Assembly: GCA_025059945.1 (NCBI GenBank)
Contig: JANXDC010000015.1
Location: 184,053-248,052 of the forward strand
Direction of reading: 5' to 3'
Length of the DNA stretch: 64,000 bases
Source: Bacteroidota bacterium
Lineage (GTDB): Bacteria; Bacteroidota; Rhodothermia; JANXDC01
The notes beneath the pieces were generated by a model that saw only the letters and a program-made list of their open reading frames with translations, had not been told where the DNA came from and made no database searches. A program made the translations under genes and the position numbers. Below are positions 48,004 through 56,420 of this stretch, piece after piece (the stretch's first letter is position 1; each line of letters opens with the position of its first letter).

Positions 48004-48092
48004 GCCCGGATGGCGGAAAGGTAGACGCGAGGGACTTAAAATCCCTTGGCCCGAAAAGGGCCGTGCGGGTTCGAATCCCGCTCCGGGCACCA
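48004..48092 (+). tRNA. tRNA-Leu (anticodon TAA), CCA encoded
   Basis: Hand-folded. Acceptor GCCCGGA/TCCGGGC, anticodon stem AGGGA/TCCCT with loop CTTAAAA, long variable arm, T-arm GCGGG-TTCGAAT-CCCGC, and 3' ACCA. Candidate promoter TTGCGC-N17-CTAATT at 47964-47992. Confidence 0.9.
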
Positions 48093-48094
48093 TC

Positions 48095-48727
48095 TTAAGG
48101 CGTCCAGCCCTCCTCGAGCCAGGGTCTAAGCCGGGGATGCCGGCGTAAATGCTGCACAATACGGTGCCAGTAGACCCGCACGGTCCCAGGCAGCATCCGC
48201 AGCCGCTCTGCGATCTCCTTTAGCCCGTAGCCGTAGTACACGTGCAAACGCGCGATTTCACGCTGCAGAGGGGGCAAGGCCTCAATCAGCTCGGCCAGCA
48301 CCTTGAGCACCTCCGTCTCATCAAACTGCTGGTCTCGTTCAGGTTCCTCTATGGGCATATCCCTTTCTTCGGGATATAAGGGCTCAGGGAGGCGCTCGGG
48401 ACTCCTATGAGCCGAGTACCAGACGTTCAAGCAAATCCGGTTCACCCACGCGGGGTAGGCCTGGGGATAGCGGAGCTGAGCGAACCCCCGGCGGACGCGC
48501 TCAAGGGCTGCATCGATCATCGCCTCCAGCTGCGAAGGCCAGGCCGTTCGGTCCAGACGCGAAGCGAAAAACCGCACGATCCAGTAGTATGTCCACTCCC
48601 AAAGATCCGCCCGCAGCCGCTCATCCCCCGTGTTTCGATATCGCTCACAAGCCCTCCCCACAGCGGCCAGATCCGGGAAACGTCGGCGCACCCGCCGCTC
48701 AAGTTCGCTCAGCAGCCAGCTTTCCAT
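48095..48727 (-). CDS. ECF-subfamily RNA polymerase sigma factor
   Basis: Sigma-70 region 2 (YYWIVRFF...) and region 4 HTH (LPPLQREIARLHVYYGYGLKEIAERLRMLPGTVRVYWHRIVQHLR). No anti-sigma gene adjacent. Confidence 0.7.
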   Translation of the reverse strand: MESWLLSELERRVRRRFPDLAAVGRACERYRNTGDERLRADLWEWTYYWIVRFFASRLDRTAWPSQLEAMIDAALERVRRGFAQLRYPQAYPAWVNRICLNVWYSAHRSPERLPEPLYPEERDMPIEEPERDQQFDETEVLKVLAELIEALPPLQREIARLHVYYGYGLKEIAERLRMLPGTVRVYWHRIVQHLRRHPRLRPWLEEGWTP

Positions 48728-49221
48728 ATCCTTGCTTGGGCGGACTCAGCTAGATGGCGGTGTTTTTGAACAGATGTCCTGTGTCTCGACTCAAATCTAA
48801 GAAAACCGATAGCGGAAGCGCTGCGTCGTTCGATCGAAAAAGGTACGCGGTCCTCATACAAGGCCTCAGAGGAAACCCAAGGAGCAAGACCCTAGCACGT
48901 TGGACCGCAAGCGTCCACCAAGGGAATACGCCGTTGCCGATCTGTTTTAGCCAGCCGCTGAGCGCGTAGCGGGCCAGGGTGCCGAAAGCTCCGGCAGGCC
49001 CAATATAGCGAGGCGCGCATGCCGCTACCCTCTCTCAAGGAGGAAAATAAAGCTACAACTGATCCCAATCTTTGTGCAACTTTTCATACATACTCCGACG
49101 TCCCTGTCATCACCTAAAGGGATGTTCGGGGTCCCGCTAAAGAGGGGCTAGAGAGGATAGCCCGGCAAGCCTTGCCTGCTTCCGGGCAAACCAAGATTTC
49201 CTCCCCTAGGGGATCTATCTC

Positions 49222-50415
49222 TTAGGGGCGGTGGGCCGCTAGGGGAGCGGAGCTGAAAAGGGATACTAAGCGGGTGCCGGGGTAATAGGCCTCAAGGATT
49301 TGTTTGTAGTTCTGCCCGGTCCGGGCCCGGCCCTGAGCGCCGTACTGACAAAGGCCGACTCCATGACCGAGCCCATTGCCTTCTATATGCACTTCCCGAG
49401 CTTGAAAGCTGAAGATAAAGCGCGTGCTGCGAAGCGCTCTCCAGCCGAAAGCATCGCTTACGAGCGTGCGGAACTGTGTTCCGCTTAGGCGCATGGGTTC
49501 CGGTCCTTGTAGCCATACGCTTACCACCCGTCCGCTGGGGCCGTATTCGAACGGGCCTACGTCGGTGATGCGCCGCTTAAGGGCGCGTTCCAAAGCCCCC
49601 AGGAGGGCCTCCTTAGTCAGAACAGTGCGCCAGCGCGCATGCGGAGAGTGTTCGCAGAAAGGGTCGGGCAGGGGCCGTAGATACGGCAGCGCTTTTGCTG
49701 GCCAGGCCTCCTCATTAGCCGCCGTGTGGCCCCCACAGGTGGAGGCGTATACGGCCTCGATGGGACGGCCCTCGTAGGTGAGCAATTCCCCATAAGTCTC
49801 CAGGGCGGCCCGGCGCGCAAGCGGGCGCTCGGTGGCCAGGCCCAAGTAGAGCTGACTAAACTGGTGATCTTCGATGTGATAGCCCAACGAGAGAAACCGA
49901 TGTAGGGTGGCCACTGCGTAGGTGCGCGCCAAGACGGCCTGCGCCTTAAGCGCCTCCAGTTCCGAAAAGGGCATCTCCGCGCCCACAACGCTTGCTATGT
50001 AATCCTCTAGGTCCACAATGTTGATCACCCACAAGGAGCCGTCCGAGCGCGCCTGCACCTCTATTTCCCCTCGATAAGCGCGGCGCACGCCGGCATGCTC
50101 AAGCGTGAGCGTATCCAAGGGGTTAGTCCGGATCCAAATCCGATCGCCGGCTCGCTCCAGGGCCGGCGATCGTCCTACAGCCAACGTGATCCGCTGACGA
50201 GCCGGCACGAGGGCCAACCGCTCCTGACGGCCAGGCGCGTAGATCCGCAGTCCTTCCCGGTGGCTATAGACGGTTATCGCGCGCACCGGCTGGTCGCTCA
50301 AGAGCCGAACACGAAGCGCTATCTGTTGGGCCGAAACCGAGGGGGGGGTGGAAAGGAGCGCACAGGCCAGCACAACCCCGATTCGGCCCGTTCGGAGGGT
50401 AAAAAAGCAGGGCAT
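49222..50415 (-). CDS. SpoIID/LytB-domain protein (peptidoglycan hydrolase regulator/lytic transglycosylase-like)
   Basis: Signal peptide plus SpoIID/LytB domain hallmarks (LEDYIASVVGAEMP...EALKAQAVLARTYA...YASTCGGHTA). Confidence 0.75.
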   Translation of the reverse strand: MPCFFTLRTGRIGVVLACALLSTPPSVSAQQIALRVRLLSDQPVRAITVYSHREGLRIYAPGRQERLALVPARQRITLAVGRSPALERAGDRIWIRTNPLDTLTLEHAGVRRAYRGEIEVQARSDGSLWVINIVDLEDYIASVVGAEMPFSELEALKAQAVLARTYAVATLHRFLSLGYHIEDHQFSQLYLGLATERPLARRAALETYGELLTYEGRPIEAVYASTCGGHTAANEEAWPAKALPYLRPLPDPFCEHSPHARWRTVLTKEALLGALERALKRRITDVGPFEYGPSGRVVSVWLQGPEPMRLSGTQFRTLVSDAFGWRALRSTRFIFSFQAREVHIEGNGLGHGVGLCQYGAQGRARTGQNYKQILEAYYPGTRLVSLFSSAPLAAHRP

Positions 50416-50559
50416 GTTGCGTCAATATTTGTTTCCGAACGGCTCGCTTGTCCGCAAACGCCCTGCCGGAGGCTGAAATCAGCACGATTATTTGCAAATT
50501 GAAGTTTCCTATTTGCGACATGAGCAGAAAGTGCGCGTGTGGTTTACCTTTCTACCCTC

Positions 50560-50598
50560 CTAAAAACGAAACGCCCCGAGCTTGGGGGCTCGGGGCGT
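50560..50598 (-). terminator. rho-independent terminator downstream of clpB
   Basis: 10-bp GC stem ACGCCCCGAG/CTCGGGGCGT with an 8-nt loop, then TTCGTTTTT on the minus strand, 17 nt after the clpB stop. Confidence 0.65.
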
Positions 50599-50615
50599 GC
50601 CGATAGGTCTTGGGT

Positions 50616-53252
50616 CTATTCGGGGAGGATCTCCACTTCGGCTTCCCGGGCGATGAGCGCAAAGCGTAGTCCGTCGGGGCCTCGATCGATGCGCACCACA
50701 TCGCCTGGGCGAAAGTCTCCGGCCAGCAGATGGCGGGCCAAGACGTTCGTCAGCTCCCGTTGCAGCACGCGCTTTAGCGGTCGGGCGCCGAAGACCGGAT
50801 CATAGCCGAGCTCGCCTAGCCAATCCTTGGCCGCATCCGTTAGCTCCAGCCGGATCCGGTTATGCTGCCAGGTCCATGCCTGAATGCGCCGGAACTGGAT
50901 CTCCACGATCCGACGGATCTTGTCGCGGCCTAGGGGACGAAAGACCACGATCTCGTCGATGCGGTTTAGGAATTCGGGACGCAGCTGTTGCTTGAGCAAG
51001 GCCATCAGCTGCTCGCGCAACTCCTCAAACTGGGCCTCACTCAGCTCGCCCCCCAGGCGCTCCATCTTCTGCAGGATCAAATGGGAGCCCAGGTTGGAGG
51101 TCATGATGATGATCGTGTTTTTAAAGTTCACCGTGCGGCCTTTGGCGTCCGTCAGGCGTCCATCGTCGAGCACCTGTAGCAGGACGTTGAAGACCTCCGG
51201 ATGGGCCTTTTCGATCTCATCGAAGAGCACGACCGAGTACGGCCGGCGCCGCACGGCCTCGGTCAGCTGACCCCCCTCCTCGTAGCCCACGTAGCCCGGG
51301 GGGGCGCCAATGAGGCGGCTTACGGTGTGGCGCTCTTGGTACTCGGACATGTCGATGCGGATCATGGCGTTTTCGTCGTTGAACAGAAACTCCGCCAGCG
51401 CCCGGGCTAGCTCCGTCTTGCCCACCCCGGTGGTGCCCAGAAAGATGAAGGAGCCGATGGGCCGATTCGGATCTTGCAGCCCGGCGCGGGCCCGCCGCAC
51501 GGCGTCCGATACGACCCGGATCGCCTCCTCTTGCCCCACCACGCGCTCCCGCAGGGCCTCCTCCATGCGCAGGAGCTTTTCGCGCTCGGATTCCAGCATG
51601 CGCTGCACGGGGATGCCGGTCCAGCGGGAGACGATCTCCGCGATGTCCTCGGCATCGACCTCCTCTTTCAGCATGGGGTGGTCTTGTTGCAGCTGGCGCA
51701 GTCGGGTTTGCGCCCCCTCTAGGGCGCGCGTCAGCTCCGGAATGCGGCCGTACTTGAGCTCGGCCGCCCGCCCGTAATCGCCTTCGCGCTCGGCGCGCTC
51801 GGCCTCGAACTTGGCCTCTTCGATGGCCTCTTTGAGCCGGCGGATCTCGCCGATGACCTCGCGCTCAGCCTGCCACTGGATGCGGAGCCGGTTGCGCTCC
51901 TCCTGCAGGTTGGCCAGTTTCTCCTCAATAGAGGCCAGCTTGCTGCTGTCCTTCTCACGCCGGATGGCCTCGCGTTCGATCTCCAGCTGCCGGATTTCGC
52001 GCTCGATCTGGTCCAACTTCTCCGGCATGGATTCCACCTCTAGGCGCAGCCGCGCGGCGGCCTCGTCGATCAGGTCGATCGCCTTATCGGGCAGAAAGCG
52101 ATCCGGAATGTAGCGCACCGATAGCTCCACGGCGGCCACGATGGCGGCGTCCGTGATGCGCACCCCGTGATGCGTTTCGTAGCGCTCCTTGAGGCCGCGC
52201 AGGATGGAGATGGCCTCCTCCGGGCTGGGCTCGTCAACCCAGACGGGTTGAAAGCGGCGCTCCAGGGCGGGGTCCTTCTCGATGTGCTTGCGGTACTCAT
52301 CAACCGTCGTGGCCCCGATCGTGCGCAGCTCCCCGCGCGCCAAGGGGGGCTTGAGGATGTTGGCCGCGTCCATAGCCCCCTCCGCCGCCCCGGCGCCCAC
52401 GACGGTGTGGATCTCGTCGATGAAAAGAATGATCTCGCCCTGCGAGTCGACGACCTCCTTTACGACGGCCTTGAGTCGCTCCTCGAACTCCCCTCGGTAC
52501 TTGGCGCCCGCGATGAGCGCCCCCATGTCCAGGGCCAGGATCCGCTTGGAGCGCAGGCTTTCGGGCACGTCCCCTTGCGCGATCCGGTGCGCGATGCCCT
52601 CCACGATAGCCGTCTTCCCGACGCCCGGCTCCCCGATGAGCACGGGGTTGTTTTTGGTGCGCCGAGACAGGATCTGCAACACCCGGCGGATCTCCTCATC
52701 GCGCCCGATTACGGGATCGAGCTTGCCCTTGCGGGCTAGCTCCGTTAGATCGCGCGCGTACTTTTTCAGGGCCTCATAGGTGGCCTCCGCTCCGGGATCC
52801 GTCACGCGCCGCCCGCCCCGAATGTCGCGCAGCGCAAGCAGGATGTTCTCCTTGCTCACGCGCAGCTGCCGCAGGGCCTGACCCAGGGCGTCCGGGCTTT
52901 CCGAAAGGGCCAGCAGCAGGTGCTCGGTAGCTACGTACTCATCACCCAGCGCCTGAGCTTCGCTTACAGCTTGGTCTAAAACGCGTTTAAGCTCAGCGCC
53001 CACGTAAGGACCTGAGATGGCCGCTCCGCTCACGCGGGGCAAGCGCTCCAGGGCCTGATTGAGCTTTTGCTCGAGCGCTTCGCGATTTACGTTGAGCCGA
53101 TCTAGGATGCCTTGGACCGGGCTTTCCGGATCCTCCAGCATCGCGCGCAGCAGATGCGCCGGTGCTAACTCCTGCTGCCCGCGGGTTTGGGCGATCTCGA
53201 CGGCGCGCTGGATCGCTTCCTGTGCCTTGTGGGTGAAGCGTTGCAGGTTCAT
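50616..53252 (-). CDS. clpB: ATP-dependent chaperone ClpB
   Basis: 878 aa with two AAA+ modules (Walker A GEPGVGKT and GTTGVGKT), a coiled-coil middle domain and an N-terminal Clp_N repeat. Confidence 0.95.
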   Translation of the reverse strand: MNLQRFTHKAQEAIQRAVEIAQTRGQQELAPAHLLRAMLEDPESPVQGILDRLNVNREALEQKLNQALERLPRVSGAAISGPYVGAELKRVLDQAVSEAQALGDEYVATEHLLLALSESPDALGQALRQLRVSKENILLALRDIRGGRRVTDPGAEATYEALKKYARDLTELARKGKLDPVIGRDEEIRRVLQILSRRTKNNPVLIGEPGVGKTAIVEGIAHRIAQGDVPESLRSKRILALDMGALIAGAKYRGEFEERLKAVVKEVVDSQGEIILFIDEIHTVVGAGAAEGAMDAANILKPPLARGELRTIGATTVDEYRKHIEKDPALERRFQPVWVDEPSPEEAISILRGLKERYETHHGVRITDAAIVAAVELSVRYIPDRFLPDKAIDLIDEAAARLRLEVESMPEKLDQIEREIRQLEIEREAIRREKDSSKLASIEEKLANLQEERNRLRIQWQAEREVIGEIRRLKEAIEEAKFEAERAEREGDYGRAAELKYGRIPELTRALEGAQTRLRQLQQDHPMLKEEVDAEDIAEIVSRWTGIPVQRMLESEREKLLRMEEALRERVVGQEEAIRVVSDAVRRARAGLQDPNRPIGSFIFLGTTGVGKTELARALAEFLFNDENAMIRIDMSEYQERHTVSRLIGAPPGYVGYEEGGQLTEAVRRRPYSVVLFDEIEKAHPEVFNVLLQVLDDGRLTDAKGRTVNFKNTIIIMTSNLGSHLILQKMERLGGELSEAQFEELREQLMALLKQQLRPEFLNRIDEIVVFRPLGRDKIRRIVEIQFRRIQAWTWQHNRIRLELTDAAKDWLGELGYDPVFGARPLKRVLQRELTNVLARHLLAGDFRPGDVVRIDRGPDGLRFALIAREAEVEILPE

Positions 53253-53429
53253 AGGGCCTCTTTAATTCTCTTAAAGCAGTCTACCGGGCAGGCTGCGATT
53301 TCGATGCCGGAAGAGGGATATATGACATTTTGCGTGTTTAGGGTGGGCTTGAAAGACAAAACGACACCTTCAGGGTGGTCTCCTGCGCCACTCCACCCTC
53401 TTCGATCAAGACCGTAGAGGGGCTAAGGG

Positions 53430-53975
53430 CTAGTTGGTTCCGAACACGGCGGAGAGCGCAAACTGAGGCTTACGCAAGGGGGCGATCGTCGAGCTGCCCA
53501 GCGCGCCGAAGTACCCCAGACGCGCCTCCAGAAGCAGCCAGCGGCTTGGGGTTACGCCCAGGGCGAATTCCGGTACGAGGCAATAGAAACGTTCGTCGAG
53601 CTCGATCGTGCGCCCCGACTCCAAACGCAGCTCTCCGCCGCCGAGCAGCAGCTGAGCTCCTATCCGGACTAGGGGGGCTATAGGATAGCGGTAGCCCACC
53701 AGAAAGCCGCCGTAGTCAAAATGGGCTTTGCTAAGCGTACGCGATTTCCCGTAAAAACTAGCCGATCCGCTGCCGCCGCCGAAGTAAAAGTTGTTAAGAA
53801 AGAGCGCTCCCTGACCAAAGAACACAACCGGTTGTCCGTCGTAGGCCGGGTCGAGGTCGCGAAGCGTCCACACCGGGAAGACCGGACCGAAGCCCCCAAA
53901 TCCCCCGCGCCGTTGGGCTTCCGCCGCTTCCCATCCAAGCGCGAAAAGCAGAAGGCCAAGCAGTAAAGTTCGCAT
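53430..53975 (-). CDS. hypothetical secreted Gly-rich protein
   Basis: Start ATG 53975 (MRTLLLGLLLFALGWEAAEAQ, a signal peptide). The listed ORF start at 54128 is over-extended into the divergent promoter. No motifs recognised. Confidence 0.4.
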   Translation of the reverse strand: MRTLLLGLLLFALGWEAAEAQRRGGFGGFGPVFPVWTLRDLDPAYDGQPVVFFGQGALFLNNFYFGGGSGSASFYGKSRTLSKAHFDYGGFLVGYRYPIAPLVRIGAQLLLGGGELRLESGRTIELDERFYCLVPEFALGVTPSRWLLLEARLGYFGALGSSTIAPLRKPQFALSAVFGTN

Positions 53976-54057
53976 GCCCAAGCCCTCCTTAAAATGTAAG
54001 CGAACGCGTACGATTCCTACGCATGGCGGGGGAGAAAGTTGCGGGTTGCGCGCAGTG

Positions 54058-54068
54058 TAAAACGTTTC
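54058..54068. promoter_or_regulatory. LacI-type operator half-palindrome TAAAACGTTTC upstream of the oxidoreductase gene
   Basis: Contains the perfect palindrome AAACGTTT, 13 nt upstream of ATG 54081. Matches the 12-bp palindrome at the lacI promoter. Confidence 0.35.
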
Positions 54069-54080
54069 GAGATTTAAAAT

Positions 54081-55235
54081 ATGCGCATAGGCATAGCCGG
54101 ATACGGGGGTTTTGGTCAGTTTTTGCACGAGGCCTGGCGGGCGCTTGCGGAGGTCGAGGTGCTCGCCGTGGCCACGCTAAGCCCTCAGGGGCGGGACCTG
54201 GCGGTTGCCCGAGGTGTGCGGGCCTACTCGGATTGGCGTTCGCTGGTGCGGGATCCGGAAGTGGAACTCGTGGCTGTGGCGACGCCGCCGGATTTGCACG
54301 CGCCCGTAGCCTGCGCCGCGCTGCGCGCCGGAAAACCCGTGCTCGTGGAGAAGCCGCTAGCTGTAAACTTGTCCCAGGCGCGTCGGATCTTACGGGCGCG
54401 CGATTTGAGCGGGCTTCCGGCCGCGATCGATTATCCGCTGCGCTTTCATCCCCTCACGGAACGCCTTCACCGGTGGGCCCGCTCCGGCTTGTGGGGTCCG
54501 CTTCGGCGGATAGCGATCGAAAACTACGCCCAAGACGAGGCCTTGGGGCCTGAGCACTGGTTCTGGGATCTCCGTCGATCCGGCGGGATCCTGGTCGAGC
54601 ACGCTGTGCATTTTATCGATTTGGCCCAGGCGCTCGCCTCGGCCGCGCCGGTTCGAATCCGAGGGCTGGCCGCTGAGCGCGCCACAGGGGAGCGGGATCG
54701 CATGCTGCTGGAGGTGCTCTACGCCGACGGCATGATGATGACCCAATATCACGCCTTCGGCCGACCGGGGTTCTTTGAGCGCACCAGCTGGCGCTTCGTT
54801 TTCGACAGGTTGGAGCTCGAACTGGAGGGCTGGATCCCGCTTGTCGGGCGTCTGCGGGCTCTTGTGGATCCGATCGCGGAGCGGGAGCTATGCTCGCTGC
54901 CCAATTGGCAAGTGCTGCGGCGTTCATCCATAGCGGAGGCTGAAGATAACTCCCGTCCTCCAGGATGGGGCCAAGAGGGACTGGCCCGCAGAGACGCGCT
55001 CCACCGGCTGCGCGTGCACGGTCTTCCGTACGCGGCCGAAGCCCTGATAGAGGGAACTTTTGCCTTTCCGGAAAGCAAAGCCGAGCTTTACGCCCGCTGC
55101 GTGCAGGCCGCCCTGCTCGACCTTTTACAAGCCATGCGCATGCCCGGACATACCCTTCGGGCCCCGCTTGAGGTGGGGCTCGATAGCCTACACCTAGCCC
55201 TACAGGCCACCCGTTCCGCCCTGCAGGGCCCTTAA
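54081..55235 (+). CDS. Gfo/Idh/MocA-family NAD(P)-dependent oxidoreductase
   Basis: MRIGIAGYGGFGQ Rossmann N-terminus. EKP motif (VLVEKPLA) typical of the family. Confidence 0.7.
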   Translation: MRIGIAGYGGFGQFLHEAWRALAEVEVLAVATLSPQGRDLAVARGVRAYSDWRSLVRDPEVELVAVATPPDLHAPVACAALRAGKPVLVEKPLAVNLSQARRILRARDLSGLPAAIDYPLRFHPLTERLHRWARSGLWGPLRRIAIENYAQDEALGPEHWFWDLRRSGGILVEHAVHFIDLAQALASAAPVRIRGLAAERATGERDRMLLEVLYADGMMMTQYHAFGRPGFFERTSWRFVFDRLELELEGWIPLVGRLRALVDPIAERELCSLPNWQVLRRSSIAEAEDNSRPPGWGQEGLARRDALHRLRVHGLPYAAEALIEGTFAFPESKAELYARCVQAALLDLLQAMRMPGHTLRAPLEVGLDSLHLALQATRSALQGP

Positions 55236-55263
55236 CCCCCTTTTCTAGAGACGCCGAGGAGCC

Positions 55264-55309
55264 TTGACAAAGAGCCGGTGGCGTTATATATAGTGCCTAA
55301 AACGTTTTA
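55264..55309 (+). promoter_or_regulatory. sigma70-like promoter (TTGACA-N17-TATATA) with overlapping 12-bp perfect palindrome TAAAACGTTTTA (candidate LacI autoregulatory operator)
   Basis: TTGACA 55264-55269, TATATA 55287-55292, palindrome 55298-55309, ATG 55315. Confidence 0.5.
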
Positions 55310-55314
55310 ATGAA

Positions 55315-56349
55315 ATGCAAAAACGTCGTCCCACCATACGGGATGTGGCGGCTGAGGCGCGTGTTTCGGCCGCGACCGTATCGCTGGTCATGAGCGGCAA
55401 GGGCTATGTGCGGCCTGAGACGCGCGAACGTGTGCTGCGCGCAGCGCATCGGTTGGGCTATGTGCCCACACGGGCCGCGCAGGTCTTGGTGAGCCGCAAG
55501 ACGGGTAACGTGGGTTTTGTGCTGCGGGAGGACCACTTTACGCGAAGCGAACCCTTCTATACGCGCATCTTTCTGGGGGCTGAATTTGAGGCCCGTCAGC
55601 AGAACTACTACGTGCTGCTCACTACGATCCCGCGCACGTACGATCCGGAACGGCACGTGCCGCGTTTCCTGTTGGAGCGCAATGTAGATGGGGTGCTCAT
55701 CGCCGGCAAGGTCGACATAGCCTTTGTTGAACAGGTGGAGGCCGCGGGTCTGCCCTTGGTCTTGATCGACTTCGAAGTCGGGCAACGTCCGGCTGTGGTG
55801 ATCGATAACGTTGGGGGAGCCCGTGCCGCCGTGCAACACTTGTTTGCGCGGGGACACCGACGGGTGGCTTTTGTGGGCGCCGACATGAGCCATCCGAGCA
55901 TCGCCGGGCGCCTGGACGGCTACAGGTTAGCTTTTAGCGCAGCGGGTCTCGCCTTCGAGCCGGATTGGATCATCGCCGCCCCGGATCGAGAGCCCACTCG
56001 GGCTACGGGTTTAGAGCTTGGTCGGCGTTTGCTGGCTCTTCCGGAACGTCCAAGCGCGGTCTTTTGCGCCAACGATGCCTTGGCTCTGGGCGTGCTGGAT
56101 GCGGCCGAAGAGGCCGGTCTGCGGCTGCCTCAGGAGTTAGCTGTGGTGGGTTTTGACGACGTCGACGGGGCCGCTAGCGCCCGTCCGCCGCTGACGACCG
56201 TGCGGGTTTTCAAGGAGCAGCTGGGGGAACTGGCGCTGCGCTATTTGCTAGAGCTGCTTGAGGAAAAAGGAGCAAGCGCCCCCCGATACGCCCGTCGGCA
56301 GCATGCGATCTCGGTGCCGACTGAACTGGTGCTGCGGGCTACAAGCTGA
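55315..56349 (+). CDS. LacI-family transcriptional regulator
   Basis: N-terminal HTH (PTIRDVAAEARVSAATVSLVMSG) and a periplasmic-binding-protein-like sugar-binding domain. Confidence 0.85.
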   Translation: MQKRRPTIRDVAAEARVSAATVSLVMSGKGYVRPETRERVLRAAHRLGYVPTRAAQVLVSRKTGNVGFVLREDHFTRSEPFYTRIFLGAEFEARQQNYYVLLTTIPRTYDPERHVPRFLLERNVDGVLIAGKVDIAFVEQVEAAGLPLVLIDFEVGQRPAVVIDNVGGARAAVQHLFARGHRRVAFVGADMSHPSIAGRLDGYRLAFSAAGLAFEPDWIIAAPDREPTRATGLELGRRLLALPERPSAVFCANDALALGVLDAAEEAGLRLPQELAVVGFDDVDGAASARPPLTTVRVFKEQLGELALRYLLELLEEKGASAPRYARRQHAISVPTELVLRATS

Positions 56350-56420
56350 GCAGGCATCAAGCTGAAGGGATCGGTTTCCTTCAGCCAGCGCACAATAAAC
56401 TAAGCGGAGGAGGCCAGGTT

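Noticed and set aside
49203-49212. Perfect palindrome CCCCTAGGGG immediately after the SpoIID-like stop, considered as an intrinsic terminator
   Set aside because: It is a 4-bp stem with a 2-nt loop, and the following T-stretch is weak (AGGAAATCTTGGTTTG). Kept only as part of the low-GC island finding.
48728-49221. RNase P RNA, tmRNA, SRP RNA or a known riboswitch in the low-GC island
   Set aside because: By eye, none of the hallmark sequences (GGAAAGUCCGG, tmRNA tag ORF with tRNA-like end, SRP GGUGCUGUUU-like domain IV, TPP CUGAGA, B12 box) was found. A covariance-model search is still needed.
53364-53370. CTTGAAA, the sigma32 -35 consensus, between clpB and the next gene
   Set aside because: It is on the plus strand, while clpB is on the minus strand. 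No CCCCATnT -10 follows, and no plus-strand gene lies downstream.
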